Assembly (NCBI GenBank): GCA_043799715.1
Contig: JAZDNM010000003.1
Coordinates: 220,986 to 284,985, forward strand
From: an archaeon
GTDB lineage: Archaea; Nanobdellota; Nanobdellia; Pacearchaeales; DTIR01
Length of the DNA stretch: 64,000 nt
Reading direction: 5' to 3'
This document shows positions 1-8,749 of this stretch, piece by piece. Position 1 is the first letter of the stretch, and every line of letters starts with the position of its first letter. The translations under genes and the position numbers were made by a program. The notes under the pieces are model-generated. The model did not search any database. It had not been told where the DNA came from and saw only the letters and a program-made list of their open reading frames with translations.

Positions 1-688
1 TTGTGTTGCCAGACAGATAATTGAAAGTAAGCAGGGGCAGGTCATTCTGGTCATCATCAGTGCAGTTTTCGCTGAAGTTGTAATAAAAAACAGTATCCTC
101 TGTTATGCTTCTTGTTGGAAGCTTGCCGCCGGGATTTTTTGCAAATATTGAAGGATTAGTATTGCTTATGAATGTATTCTCAGAGGCATTCACGCTGCCG
201 TAAGTGAAATTTGTGCAGTTTATTTCAAAGGGTATATTCCCCTTGTATTTGAAACTCCTGTTGTACTGGTACTGCCCTGTTGATGCTGAGTATGTCATGT
301 TATTCCAGGAAGTAAATGCCCCTGTAAGATTTTCATTAAATCTTATGCTGCAGTTTCCATCTTCCCTGGTTGATTCTATAATTTCCCCGGAAGTCTTGTT
401 TGTAAAATTGGCGTAAAAATATATGTTGTATGATGACATCCCCTTTGACGGGCACTGGTAATCAAGATTCGGATGCTCCTCCCTGCATGTGGGATAAGTA
501 TACATTGTTGTTGAGTCAGTTGTGTCCCAAATAGTGAGATTTGCCTTTGACTTGTTTGCAGAGGTTGTGGCAAACACAGAATTTGCTGATGACATAAGCA
601 GAAGCAGGAATATTGCTGCAGCAGCAAGAGGCACGATGAATGCCTCGCTCTGTTTCCCTCTGGCAAACTTTAGAATCTGGTTTTTCAT
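1..688 (-). CDS. Secreted/surface protein, N-terminal part only (runs off the window edge)
   Basis: Read manually: ATG at 688 (ATGA overlap with the upstream stop), MKNQILKFARGKQSEAFIVPLAAAAIFLLLLMSSANSVFA signal peptide, open to position 1, many N-x-S/T sequons, CTDDD/SNTNP cadherin-like motifs. Confidence 0.8.
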   Translation of the reverse strand, partial: MKNQILKFARGKQSEAFIVPLAAAAIFLLLLMSSANSVFATTSANKSKANLTIWDTTDSTTMYTYPTCREEHPNLDYQCPSKGMSSYNIYFYANFTNKTSGEIIESTREDGNCSIRFNENLTGAFTSWNNMTYSASTGQYQYNRSFKYKGNIPFEINCTNFTYGSVNASENTFISNTNPSIFAKNPGGKLPTRSITEDTVFYYNFSENCTDDDQNDLPLLTFNYLSGNT

Positions 689-858
689 TTTCCTCTTTTT
701 GAAACTGAAGATTTTTTTGCTGATTTTTTTCTTGGCCTGTCCCAGTAAGGACTCTTGCATTTCGGGCATACCTTTGGCTCGCCCTCTGAGTTCTGTCTTG
801 GCAGCCATGCATGCCTGCATCTCTCGCATAAATAACCCAATATTTCTGTCTTGCCCAT
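685..858 (-). CDS. 57-aa Zn-ribbon microprotein (not in the ORF track)
   Basis: MGKTEILGYLCERCRHAWLPRQNSEGEPKVCPKCKSPYWDRPRKKSAKKSSVSKRGK*; two CxxC pairs; GAGGA before the ATG; stop overlaps the next ATG. Confidence 0.85.
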   Translation of the reverse strand: MGKTEILGYLCERCRHAWLPRQNSEGEPKVCPKCKSPYWDRPRKKSAKKSSVSKRGK

Positions 859-879
859 TTATCCTCTTTATTATTGGTA

Positions 880-896
880 ATATACCTTAGGTATAT
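880..896. promoter_or_regulatory. Perfect palindrome ATATACCT-T-AGGTATAT overlapping the TATA box of the Zn-ribbon/surface-protein operon (putative operator)
   Basis: 8-bp arms; the minus-strand TTTATATA at 892-899 overlaps it. Confidence 0.5.
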
Positions 897-927
897 AAAT
901 ATTGCTATATTCTTATTAGTATAATAC

Positions 928-3375
928 TCACTCCCTTAGCCTGCCTATGCCTGAATACAGCTTCATTATTCTGTTGTAATACTTTCTCTTTTCCCTCTGA
1001 GGCAGCGCGTCATACAGGCTTCTTGTCTGGGTGTAATAATGCCTTGCAAGTGTTATGTCTTTTTCTGAAATTGCCTTCTTGGTTCTTTCAATGAAGCTGT
1101 TCAGCAGTGCTCTCTTCCTTTTTATGTCCTTTTCCTCCTCTTTTGATTTCAGCAGCTGCATTTCCTTTCTTGTTATTGCAACAGCAAGCGCAGCGAGTAT
1201 CAGGGTTATTGCAAGTATAAATTGGAACAAGCCGCAGTCATGCCTGCATGAAAAAATTTCAGCGAGCTCGCATTTTTCATCCCCGCATTTCGGAGCTCTC
1301 GGGTAACCAAGGGCGCATGCCTTGCACGGCCCTCCGCAGTCAATCCAGTCCTCCCCCTGATTCTGTATTCCGTCAGAACATGTAGTGCAGGGCTTGCACG
1401 GCCCTCCGCAGTCAGGCAGGACTTCACACATGCCATCGTGGCAGTTTAATATGCTGTCATAACAATCAGGAAGAAGCGTGAATGCGCAAACCTGCATTTC
1501 CTTTGGCTGTTTGCTTGTTGACCTGCAGTTTGCCTTGTCAAAACACGAGCGTGTCTGAAAGCCGCATTCCCCTGATAACAGGGAAGAGCAGTTTGAGATG
1601 ACTGTTTCATAGATATTTCCCAAAATTGCAATTGAGTCAGGAGTTGATGCATTCTGGCATAAGCTCCAGTCAGTGCATATCCACTGTTCTGTACAGCCTC
1701 CGCCGCCGCCTCCGCCTCCTCCTGAAACTGCTGTTGATACTATAGGGGCGGAATTCACAGTCACATTCCAGACAACAGTATCATTCAGCAGCCCGTCTGT
1801 TGCAAGCGCTGTCACATTGTATGCTCCTGCAGCGCCTGATGATGTTGAGAAGGTGTATGTTGAATTTGCGAGGATGAAAATATCATTTTTGTACCATAAT
1901 ATTGAAGGTGTTGTGCCATCCTCATCTTCAGCAGTTGCATTGAAAGTTATGCTCTCGCCCTCTGTTATGGACTGAATTCTATTTTCAGGATAATAGGATG
2001 TTATGTTTGGGGCATGGTTCTCAAGGGTTATTGTGAAAGAAACATTTTCGCATGCATTTTTTGGGGCGGCAGTCTGGTTGCAGAAGGAGATGTTTGCAGG
2101 AGCAGTAAATCCCAAGTCAGTAACGCATATCCTTACAGCATAAGTCCCGTTTATTGTCGCATTTGCAGAGAAATTTATGTTTCCTGTTGCAGCATTTATT
2201 GTGAAGAATGTTGTGCCGCTTGTGAATGTTGAATTGAACCTCAATGCGCCTGGAGTGTCCCCATCTTCCTCATCGCTGGCATAAGCAGTGTAATTAAGGC
2301 TGCTGTTGATATAAACTGTCTTTGCTCCTATGTGCTGCATTACAGGGGCGTCATTCGTGCTTATTATGTTCAGCGCAAAATCCTTGAAATCAGAGGCTTC
2401 CTCGTCAGAGACATAAACTCTTATAGAGTAGACATTTGCCTGCAGTGAATTTGGGGTAAAATCTATCTGCCCTGTGTTCTCGTTTATTACAAAAAGTGCT
2501 GTGTTGTCATAAAAATGCAGGGATTCTGTCCTGTACCTTACAGGGATAAGCAAGTCCTCGTCAGTTGCAGCTGCCTGATAAAGGAAATTGGCATCCTCGC
2601 ATGTCTGCATGTCCGGAATTATTCCAAGCAAAGGAGCGTCATTCACATTCAGCACAGTAAAATTAAACCCTGATGAGTTGGCGGCATTCCTTTCATCTCT
2701 GACTGTGATATTCATGGAATGAAATCCCACATCAGAGTCATTCGCAGAGAAATTAATCAGCCCATAGATATTAAAATCAAATGAGGGGAATATCGCAGAA
2801 GTTGAATTGTGAGTGAAGTTTATGCTCTCATTGTTCGGCTCAACAACAAAAGAGCTGAGGTTTACTGTAAAAAGAATATCCTCTGTCAGATTGAAGTTTC
2901 TCGTGTAATTTATCCAGTAAGGCACCCTGTTTGGGGGAAATATCTCAAGCGAGAATGTTGTTGAGCTGTTTGAGATATTTCCACAAAGCCCATGCGTTGC
3001 CCATATCAATACAGTGTAAGTTCCTGTCTCATTTTCCAGGGGAGTAAAGTTAATCAGCCCGCTTGTCCTCGATATAAAGAAACTTGTAAGATTTGCCTTG
3101 CCTGCTGCCTGGCTTGTCCTGCCATAATAGTATATTGGATTTCCTGAATCAGTTGCAATTACCTGATGTGTGAAATTGCTTCCTGCAATTGCTGTCTTGT
3201 CTGTTATTGATCCAAGAGTTGGCGGTCTGTCAATGCAAACTCCCACTCTTCCAAGGCTTGCCTTCCCGACTGTTAAGTTGCCGGTAATTTTCATCCACAC
3301 AAAAAGGTTGCCTGCAAGCGAGAGCAGCGCGAACATAACGATAATCAGGGCTATTTTATTGTTGTCTAACCTCAT
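928..3375 (-). CDS. Membrane-anchored surface protein with cadherin/Ig-like repeats, poly-Gly linker and Cys-rich region
   Basis: N-terminal TM, repeated xNDAP/A.DED motifs, G10 linker, CTEQWICTDWSLC, DCGGPC repeats, C-terminal TM and basic tail. Confidence 0.8.
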   Translation of the reverse strand: MRLDNNKIALIIVMFALLSLAGNLFVWMKITGNLTVGKASLGRVGVCIDRPPTLGSITDKTAIAGSNFTHQVIATDSGNPIYYYGRTSQAAGKANLTSFFISRTSGLINFTPLENETGTYTVLIWATHGLCGNISNSSTTFSLEIFPPNRVPYWINYTRNFNLTEDILFTVNLSSFVVEPNNESINFTHNSTSAIFPSFDFNIYGLINFSANDSDVGFHSMNITVRDERNAANSSGFNFTVLNVNDAPLLGIIPDMQTCEDANFLYQAAATDEDLLIPVRYRTESLHFYDNTALFVINENTGQIDFTPNSLQANVYSIRVYVSDEEASDFKDFALNIISTNDAPVMQHIGAKTVYINSSLNYTAYASDEEDGDTPGALRFNSTFTSGTTFFTINAATGNINFSANATINGTYAVRICVTDLGFTAPANISFCNQTAAPKNACENVSFTITLENHAPNITSYYPENRIQSITEGESITFNATAEDEDGTTPSILWYKNDIFILANSTYTFSTSSGAAGAYNVTALATDGLLNDTVVWNVTVNSAPIVSTAVSGGGGGGGGGCTEQWICTDWSLCQNASTPDSIAILGNIYETVISNCSSLLSGECGFQTRSCFDKANCRSTSKQPKEMQVCAFTLLPDCYDSILNCHDGMCEVLPDCGGPCKPCTTCSDGIQNQGEDWIDCGGPCKACALGYPRAPKCGDEKCELAEIFSCRHDCGLFQFILAITLILAALAVAITRKEMQLLKSKEEEKDIKRKRALLNSFIERTKKAISEKDITLARHYYTQTRSLYDALPQREKRKYYNRIMKLYSGIGRLRE

Positions 3376-3471
3376 CTTTAAAATCAGGATTCCCCCTTTT
3401 CCGGAGCTGGTTTATGATATTACTTCTGTCTGGATATTTAAATAGTTTTCCCGAAAAAATTATACAGGAAT

Positions 3472-3939
3472 TCAGGCGCGCCTGAACACAAGAAATATCT
3501 TTCCGCTGTACTTTCCCATTGGAGCTGATGCAGGGACATAAACATTGAAATCTATCTGCCTTGTTTCTCCGGGAGATATTATAAAATTATTGTCATAAGA
3601 AAGAAAACTGCTTATGCTGCCGATTGCTTTTATCCCCACTGACATGTTAAACCTATCAAGGTTGCCCGCTGTCACAAACCTGTTGGCGCCGCCTTCTGGA
3701 ACAATCGCCCCAAAATTAATGACATCAATGCTTTCTTCTCCAAGGGCAAATGCAACATTGCCGCCAACCTCCAGCTTGGCAGTGAAGATTTTGACATAGC
3801 GGATATTATAGAGCATATAGGATATTTCAGCAGCCACAGCAGAGAATGCAATTATAATCAGAAAAAGGGCTGCTGTCCTTATCCTGCTGTTCCTCGCTTC
3901 TTTTTTTGGCTTATTCGCTTTTCTTTCTTTTTTTGGCAT
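3472..3939 (-). CDS. Single-pass membrane protein with a beta-rich extracellular domain
   Basis: Basic N-terminus, TM, INFGAIVP motif; overlaps the upstream gene. Confidence 0.7.
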   Translation of the reverse strand: MPKKERKANKPKKEARNSRIRTAALFLIIIAFSAVAAEISYMLYNIRYVKIFTAKLEVGGNVAFALGEESIDVINFGAIVPEGGANRFVTAGNLDRFNMSVGIKAIGSISSFLSYDNNFIISPGETRQIDFNVYVPASAPMGKYSGKIFLVFRRA

Positions 3940-5104
3940 TTTTCATTTCTGAATTTTTTAAAAGGATGAATACTATTATAATTATCAGCCCAACAAAAAT
4001 TGCAGTTGCTGATGTGTAAAACACAAGTCTTTTTATCTCCTCTGGATTGACAAGCATTTTTACTTTTATTTCCTGTGATGTGCTATTGCCTGAGAAGTAC
4101 AGCCTGATTTCCCCGTTGTAATACTGCGCTTTTTTCTCTGCAGCATCATAATAGGCGGTAAGGGTTGCTGTTTCCCACGGCTTAAGGGCAATTGCAGGGG
4201 ATTTCATGACTTCATTCTTCCCGTCATCAATTATTATTGAAGCGTAGACATTTTCAATAGCACTGTTCCACCTGCTCTGCACATCGACATTAAACTTGTT
4301 TATCTTGTTCCTTACAAGCTCTTTTGTGTAATTAACAACCTTCACTGCAAGCAATCCCACCCTAAATCTTGATGATGTGTTTATTTCATTTCCATCATAA
4401 TAAACTGTTGCAACTGCATAATATTCCCCTGACTCAAAATCCTTTGTGTTCAGTTCAGCTGAAAGTGTTATCCTGTCGTTTGAAGGAAGAGATTTCTCTG
4501 ATGTCTTAAGCGTTGTGATTTTTCTGTTGAATCCTGAGTCAGTAGGCCCAAACAAATCAATTACAGCACTGACGTTTGAGATATCTTTCTCTGTCCAGCT
4601 TCTTACTGCAACAGTCAGCGTTATAATATCCCCTGAATCAATATTCGGGACTTGAAAGTCATCTATCTTTGCATAAATGTCCGGGCTGAGAACCCTAATG
4701 CTGACAATTGAGCAGGCTTTTGTCCTTATTGTGACTCCTCCGCCTGCGCCTGACTGCAATTCTGTCACACAGAGAAAATTATCATGCAGTCCTGGCTCTG
4801 GCTTTTGCTCAGGAAGCTGCAATACTGCAGAAAAAGTTTTTGTCATTCCCGGCTGGACATCCTTGAACAATTCATTGCTCAATTTAAAATATTGCGAGAG
4901 TGTTCCATCAACAGTTATCTCGTAATCCATTGTGCTTGGCGTGTTCGCAACAAGGAAATATGAGAAAGATTCCTTCAAGCCGGGCTTGAAATCAATAATA
5001 TAATTAAGCTGCCCGCCATAATCCCCTATCCCAACTGCTGATACAGAAGATATTTGGAAGAGTGCTGCAAGCAGCAAAAGAACAAAAAAAAATTTATTTT
5101 TCAT
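3911..5104 (-). CDS. Secreted Ig-like protein with C-terminal TM anchor
   Basis: Signal peptide MKNKFFFVLLLLAALFQISSVSA after a GAGGA RBS; C-terminal TM; start chosen at 5104. Confidence 0.75.
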   Translation of the reverse strand: MKNKFFFVLLLLAALFQISSVSAVGIGDYGGQLNYIIDFKPGLKESFSYFLVANTPSTMDYEITVDGTLSQYFKLSNELFKDVQPGMTKTFSAVLQLPEQKPEPGLHDNFLCVTELQSGAGGGVTIRTKACSIVSIRVLSPDIYAKIDDFQVPNIDSGDIITLTVAVRSWTEKDISNVSAVIDLFGPTDSGFNRKITTLKTSEKSLPSNDRITLSAELNTKDFESGEYYAVATVYYDGNEINTSSRFRVGLLAVKVVNYTKELVRNKINKFNVDVQSRWNSAIENVYASIIIDDGKNEVMKSPAIALKPWETATLTAYYDAAEKKAQYYNGEIRLYFSGNSTSQEIKVKMLVNPEEIKRLVFYTSATAIFVGLIIIIVFILLKNSEMKNAKKRKKSE

Positions 5105-5188
5105 TTTCCTCTTTTTTTGCTTCAGCATAAAGGCAAATAAATACCTTTCGGTTTCTTTATAATAATATCCCAAAAAATAGCATTGAAC

Positions 5189-5863
5189 TCAAGAGCAGGC
5201 AGCATTCCTTCTTGTTGCAGTGAATGTCCATAATGCTGTCTTGTTTCCTGATGCTGAATCTTGGGGAACTCCAAGAACAACGCTTATGTTTAATGAGCGC
5301 TTTCCTGAAACGTATGACAAGTTCTTGCATACCTCATAGCCAGGAGCAGCTGTGCTTTCTATTGCTGTCAAGTTTGCAAGAGCGCCTCCGCAAACCCCTG
5401 AAGCTGCTGCTGAACAAGAGCTTGTTTCATTATTATAAGCATCATACTGCGCATAAGACCCTGTGCCTCCAAGCATTGTTGTTCCTGTTGAATCTGATGT
5501 GAAGTTTACATTAATATCAACTGTTCCTGTGTTTGCAATGCCTATATCTTTTGCGCTCCAGTCTGACTGCGATGTCCAGTTTGCAGGAACTGCCTGGCTG
5601 CTGTTTAATTCTGCTATTGTGTATCCTGCTGCAACATAGCCAACTCCGAATTCAACATTTGCAGGAGCGACATTAAGCTGCGCGACAACAGCGACAGTAA
5701 CATTAACCCTGCCTGTTGTGCCGAAGCCAGTTATTCCCTGCAGTGCAGGAATCATGTTGGCAAGATTTGAAACCTGCAGGACAGTAAGCAAAGCTCCGCC
5801 AAGAGAAATCACAATTGCGGCAGCGAGAAAAACTGCAAGGGTTTTGTTTGAAATTTCAGCCAT
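5189..5863 (-). CDS. Membrane-anchored Ala/Thr/Gly-rich surface protein
   Basis: EISNKTLAVFLAAAIVISLGG TM followed by ITGFGTTG; VEFGVG motif; several sequons. Confidence 0.8.
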   Translation of the reverse strand: MAEISNKTLAVFLAAAIVISLGGALLTVLQVSNLANMIPALQGITGFGTTGRVNVTVAVVAQLNVAPANVEFGVGYVAAGYTIAELNSSQAVPANWTSQSDWSAKDIGIANTGTVDINVNFTSDSTGTTMLGGTGSYAQYDAYNNETSSCSAAASGVCGGALANLTAIESTAAPGYEVCKNLSYVSGKRSLNISVVLGVPQDSASGNKTALWTFTATRRNAACS

Positions 5864-5954
5864 TTTTTCTTTTTAATTCCTCTTTACTGAATCTATGATG
5901 CTTGATTAAATAAATATTCCTATTTTATTCTTTGCTTTTAATATATCTTAGAGA

Positions 5955-6173
5955 TTATCCTGCTGGGATGCCTTCAAGTGTTTCTTCTGCAGGATTTCCT
6001 ATTCCCACTTTTATTTGTGCATAACTTACAGGAGTATCAGATGAATATTGCTGCTTTACAGATGTTATCATATCCAAAACATACCATGTGCTTATTACAG
6101 ATAGCAGTATTGTCAGAACAAGCAGAACAAGTATTGTAGTTCTCGCAACCTCTTGTTTTTCTTTTTTTGGCAT
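5955..6173 (-). CDS. Small single-TM protein
   Basis: 72 aa, one TM, GAGGA RBS. Confidence 0.7.
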   Translation of the reverse strand: MPKKEKQEVARTTILVLLVLTILLSVISTWYVLDMITSVKQQYSSDTPVSYAQIKVGIGNPAEETLEGIPAG

Positions 6174-6340
6174 TTTTCCTCTTTATTCTTAATTCTCGAG
6201 TGACAGCAAGTTTATAAACATTTCTTTTGTTTTGAAAAAATTCCAAATGTTTTGCTTGCTTCCAGTTTAATTTGGGAATTTTCTTTATAAATATTCCTAT
6301 TTTTAAAGAAAGTAGCTATAAAGAGGGGAGATTAACACGG

Positions 6341-6355
6341 AAAAGGTTTAAATAA
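6341..6355 (+). promoter_or_regulatory. Archaeal BRE-TATA promoter (AAAAGGTTTAAATA) for the PKD protein gene
   Basis: A-rich BRE followed by TTTAAATA about 50 nt upstream of ATG 6403; similar motifs precede other genes in the window. Confidence 0.6.
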
Positions 6356-6402
6356 TTCTCTTTCATTGGGAATTAAATAAAAAGAGGCAGGCAATATCAA
6401 CT

Positions 6403-8685
6403 ATGGGTTTAAACGCAGCAGGGAAAAACTTTCTTTGCATTGCAATTCTGTTTGCATTTGTTTCAATAATACTTTCTTCATCAGCATTTGCAGTGTCAAC
6501 AAGAAGTTACTGTAAATATGCAGGCGGCTCAGGAAGCTATGCTTGTGATTCAGGCGCTGTAAGCGGAAACTCTGCAGCCTGCGCTGCTGCAAATGGGGCG
6601 CAATGCGCACAAGAAGGGGATGTTTTCTGCTACGCTGAATCAACATGCGAAGCAGGCACAACATTGAAGGGGCCTATATACACCTATAATGTGAACTGGG
6701 ATGCTGACTCTGCTGACTGCTCATGCAAGGCAGGAAGCAGCAGATGGGGCATAAGATTTATTTCAGGGACAACAGGACAGTGCTGCGGAGATGATGCAAG
6801 CGAATACTTTATTGGCGCAACAAATCAGAAAAATATTGACAAGATTGACACATGCTGCAAGTCAGATGCATATGTATTCAACGGAGTTTGCTGCGGAGAT
6901 GATGCAAGCGAATATTATGCAGGCTCAACAAACGGCAAGAGCTGCGACGGAACACAGGCATGCTGCAGCTCCCCGAGCTTGTATTCCCTGAACAGCAACT
7001 GTGTTTCATCATGCCCGGCTGTGACATCAGTGTACTGGACTGACCTTTCAGGAACAAGGATAAACTCCACAGAGCTAAATGATTATGTAATGCTTGTTGC
7101 AGAAACATCAGGCGCAGAAGGGATGCTGATTAACTTCACACTATGGGAAGAGGGAATAGTAAAATGCTATGAGGAAGTATCAAGAGCTTATTCAAATCAG
7201 GGCAAGGCATCTATTCTCTGGAAAGTAAAAGCCTGTGCCGACGGCTCAAACGACGGAAATAAATTCAAGGCATTTGTAAGTTCAACTCCCCTGATTTATC
7301 TTGAATCAGGGCTTCTTGCTGTCTCGCTTGTTGAAAGCGACAAGCTGCCTGTTGCTGTGATATCACAGCCAGCAGACGGGGGAATTTTCAATCTTGGGGA
7401 TAACATAAACTTTGTCTCAGGAAGCTATGATCCAGATGACCTGATAACCAGTGTAAAGTGGGATTTTGGAGACGGATACACAAGCATGCTCGCAAACACA
7501 ACGCATGCTTACTCTGCAGGCGGTCCTAAATTTGCAATACTGACAGTCCAGAACTCAAGGGGAAAGACAGCAGAAGTCAGAATAGGCATTCTTATAAATT
7601 CATCATCTGATGATCCCCCTCTGGCGATGATATCATCTCCAAGTTACGGGGAGAAATTTTCAGGTATGCTTATAACATTCAATGCAACAATGAGCAGGGA
7701 TGACAGAACTCCTTTCAACCAGCTGATATTCAAATGGGAATTTGACGACGGCAGTTCGCCTTATTCAGGCACTGGCATTTCAGGGGCATATTTCACAAAA
7801 CTGTTCTCAACAGCAGGGGAGCATCTTGTAAAATTAAGCGTTGATGACTCAGGACCTGGCTCGTTAACAGAAACATCATTTTCCATAAATGGCTGCCAGG
7901 TTCCGCTTGACGGCACTTCTGAGTTTGTTCCGTTCGGCAGCTGTTCTTCTATAAGCAAGCATTACTTCTGCGCCAACGAAACAACATATTATGATACAAT
8001 GGAAGAGCACTGCGAGGGCGCTGACAAGCAGGCGCTGACGTCAGACGACTGCTGCCCGAGAGGATTTTATTGCCCTGCTATTGGAGCTGCCTGCTCAGAG
8101 AGATCAAGCAACTGCGCAAGTTACAATATTTCTGCTGAATGTGAACAGTATGGGTGCATATGGCTGAACTCATCATGCGCAGAGCCGGCAGGAATGTCAT
8201 CCTGCTCTGATTATAAAAGTGAGGCTGCGTGCAATACTGATGTGCTCGGATTAGGAAGGTCAGTTGGAAGAGGGCTTGGCACCGACATCTGCGGAAGGAC
8301 ATTCGGAAGCTATCTCGTGAATGCATCAAGCTGCAAGTGCGGATGGGAACCTGCAGGAAGCCCGTCTGGAAACTGCAAATTTGGCTATTCTGTTGTGAGG
8401 ATTATTCCCGGGAATGTCACATTCATAACCTGCATGAAATCATTCACATTAAGCGACTGTGTTGCAGGAACCCAAAGCATGAACTGGACTGCATTAATAC
8501 TGCCTTCGGAACTTGCTGGAAACGAGACAGCAAGACAGCAATGCAGTGAAGGATACAAGGGAATAAAATGCGGAGTTTCAATCTCAAGGCTGCCATTTTT
8601 CGGAATTTTCAATTTTGTCCTTGCTGTAGCGGCAATTGCGCTCTACTATCTCTCTGCTGCAACAAGAAGGAACATCAAAAAATAA
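6403..8685 (+). CDS. Cys-rich PKD-domain surface protein with C-terminal TM
   Basis: Signal peptide, WDFGDG and WEFDDG PKD motifs, duplicated CCGDDASEY, LPFFG followed by TM and RRNIKK. Confidence 0.85.
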   Translation: MGLNAAGKNFLCIAILFAFVSIILSSSAFAVSTRSYCKYAGGSGSYACDSGAVSGNSAACAAANGAQCAQEGDVFCYAESTCEAGTTLKGPIYTYNVNWDADSADCSCKAGSSRWGIRFISGTTGQCCGDDASEYFIGATNQKNIDKIDTCCKSDAYVFNGVCCGDDASEYYAGSTNGKSCDGTQACCSSPSLYSLNSNCVSSCPAVTSVYWTDLSGTRINSTELNDYVMLVAETSGAEGMLINFTLWEEGIVKCYEEVSRAYSNQGKASILWKVKACADGSNDGNKFKAFVSSTPLIYLESGLLAVSLVESDKLPVAVISQPADGGIFNLGDNINFVSGSYDPDDLITSVKWDFGDGYTSMLANTTHAYSAGGPKFAILTVQNSRGKTAEVRIGILINSSSDDPPLAMISSPSYGEKFSGMLITFNATMSRDDRTPFNQLIFKWEFDDGSSPYSGTGISGAYFTKLFSTAGEHLVKLSVDDSGPGSLTETSFSINGCQVPLDGTSEFVPFGSCSSISKHYFCANETTYYDTMEEHCEGADKQALTSDDCCPRGFYCPAIGAACSERSSNCASYNISAECEQYGCIWLNSSCAEPAGMSSCSDYKSEAACNTDVLGLGRSVGRGLGTDICGRTFGSYLVNASSCKCGWEPAGSPSGNCKFGYSVVRIIPGNVTFITCMKSFTLSDCVAGTQSMNWTALILPSELAGNETARQQCSEGYKGIKCGVSISRLPFFGIFNFVLAVAAIALYYLSAATRRNIKK
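6781..6914 (+). repeat. 26-bp intragenic direct repeat TGCTGCGGAGATGATGCAAGCGAATA (6781 and 6889)
   Basis: Exact DNA repeat encoding CCGDDASEY. Confidence 0.85.
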
Positions 8686-8749
8686 CGCTTTTTCTGGAAA
8701 AAGTTTATAAATTGTTTTATGCTTGTTGATTTGGCAAAAGAGGAATTAT

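Noticed and set aside
1..858. Zn ribbon fused to the surface protein as one ORF
   Set aside because: Codon-by-codon reading shows TGA at 687-685; these are two coupled genes in different frames.
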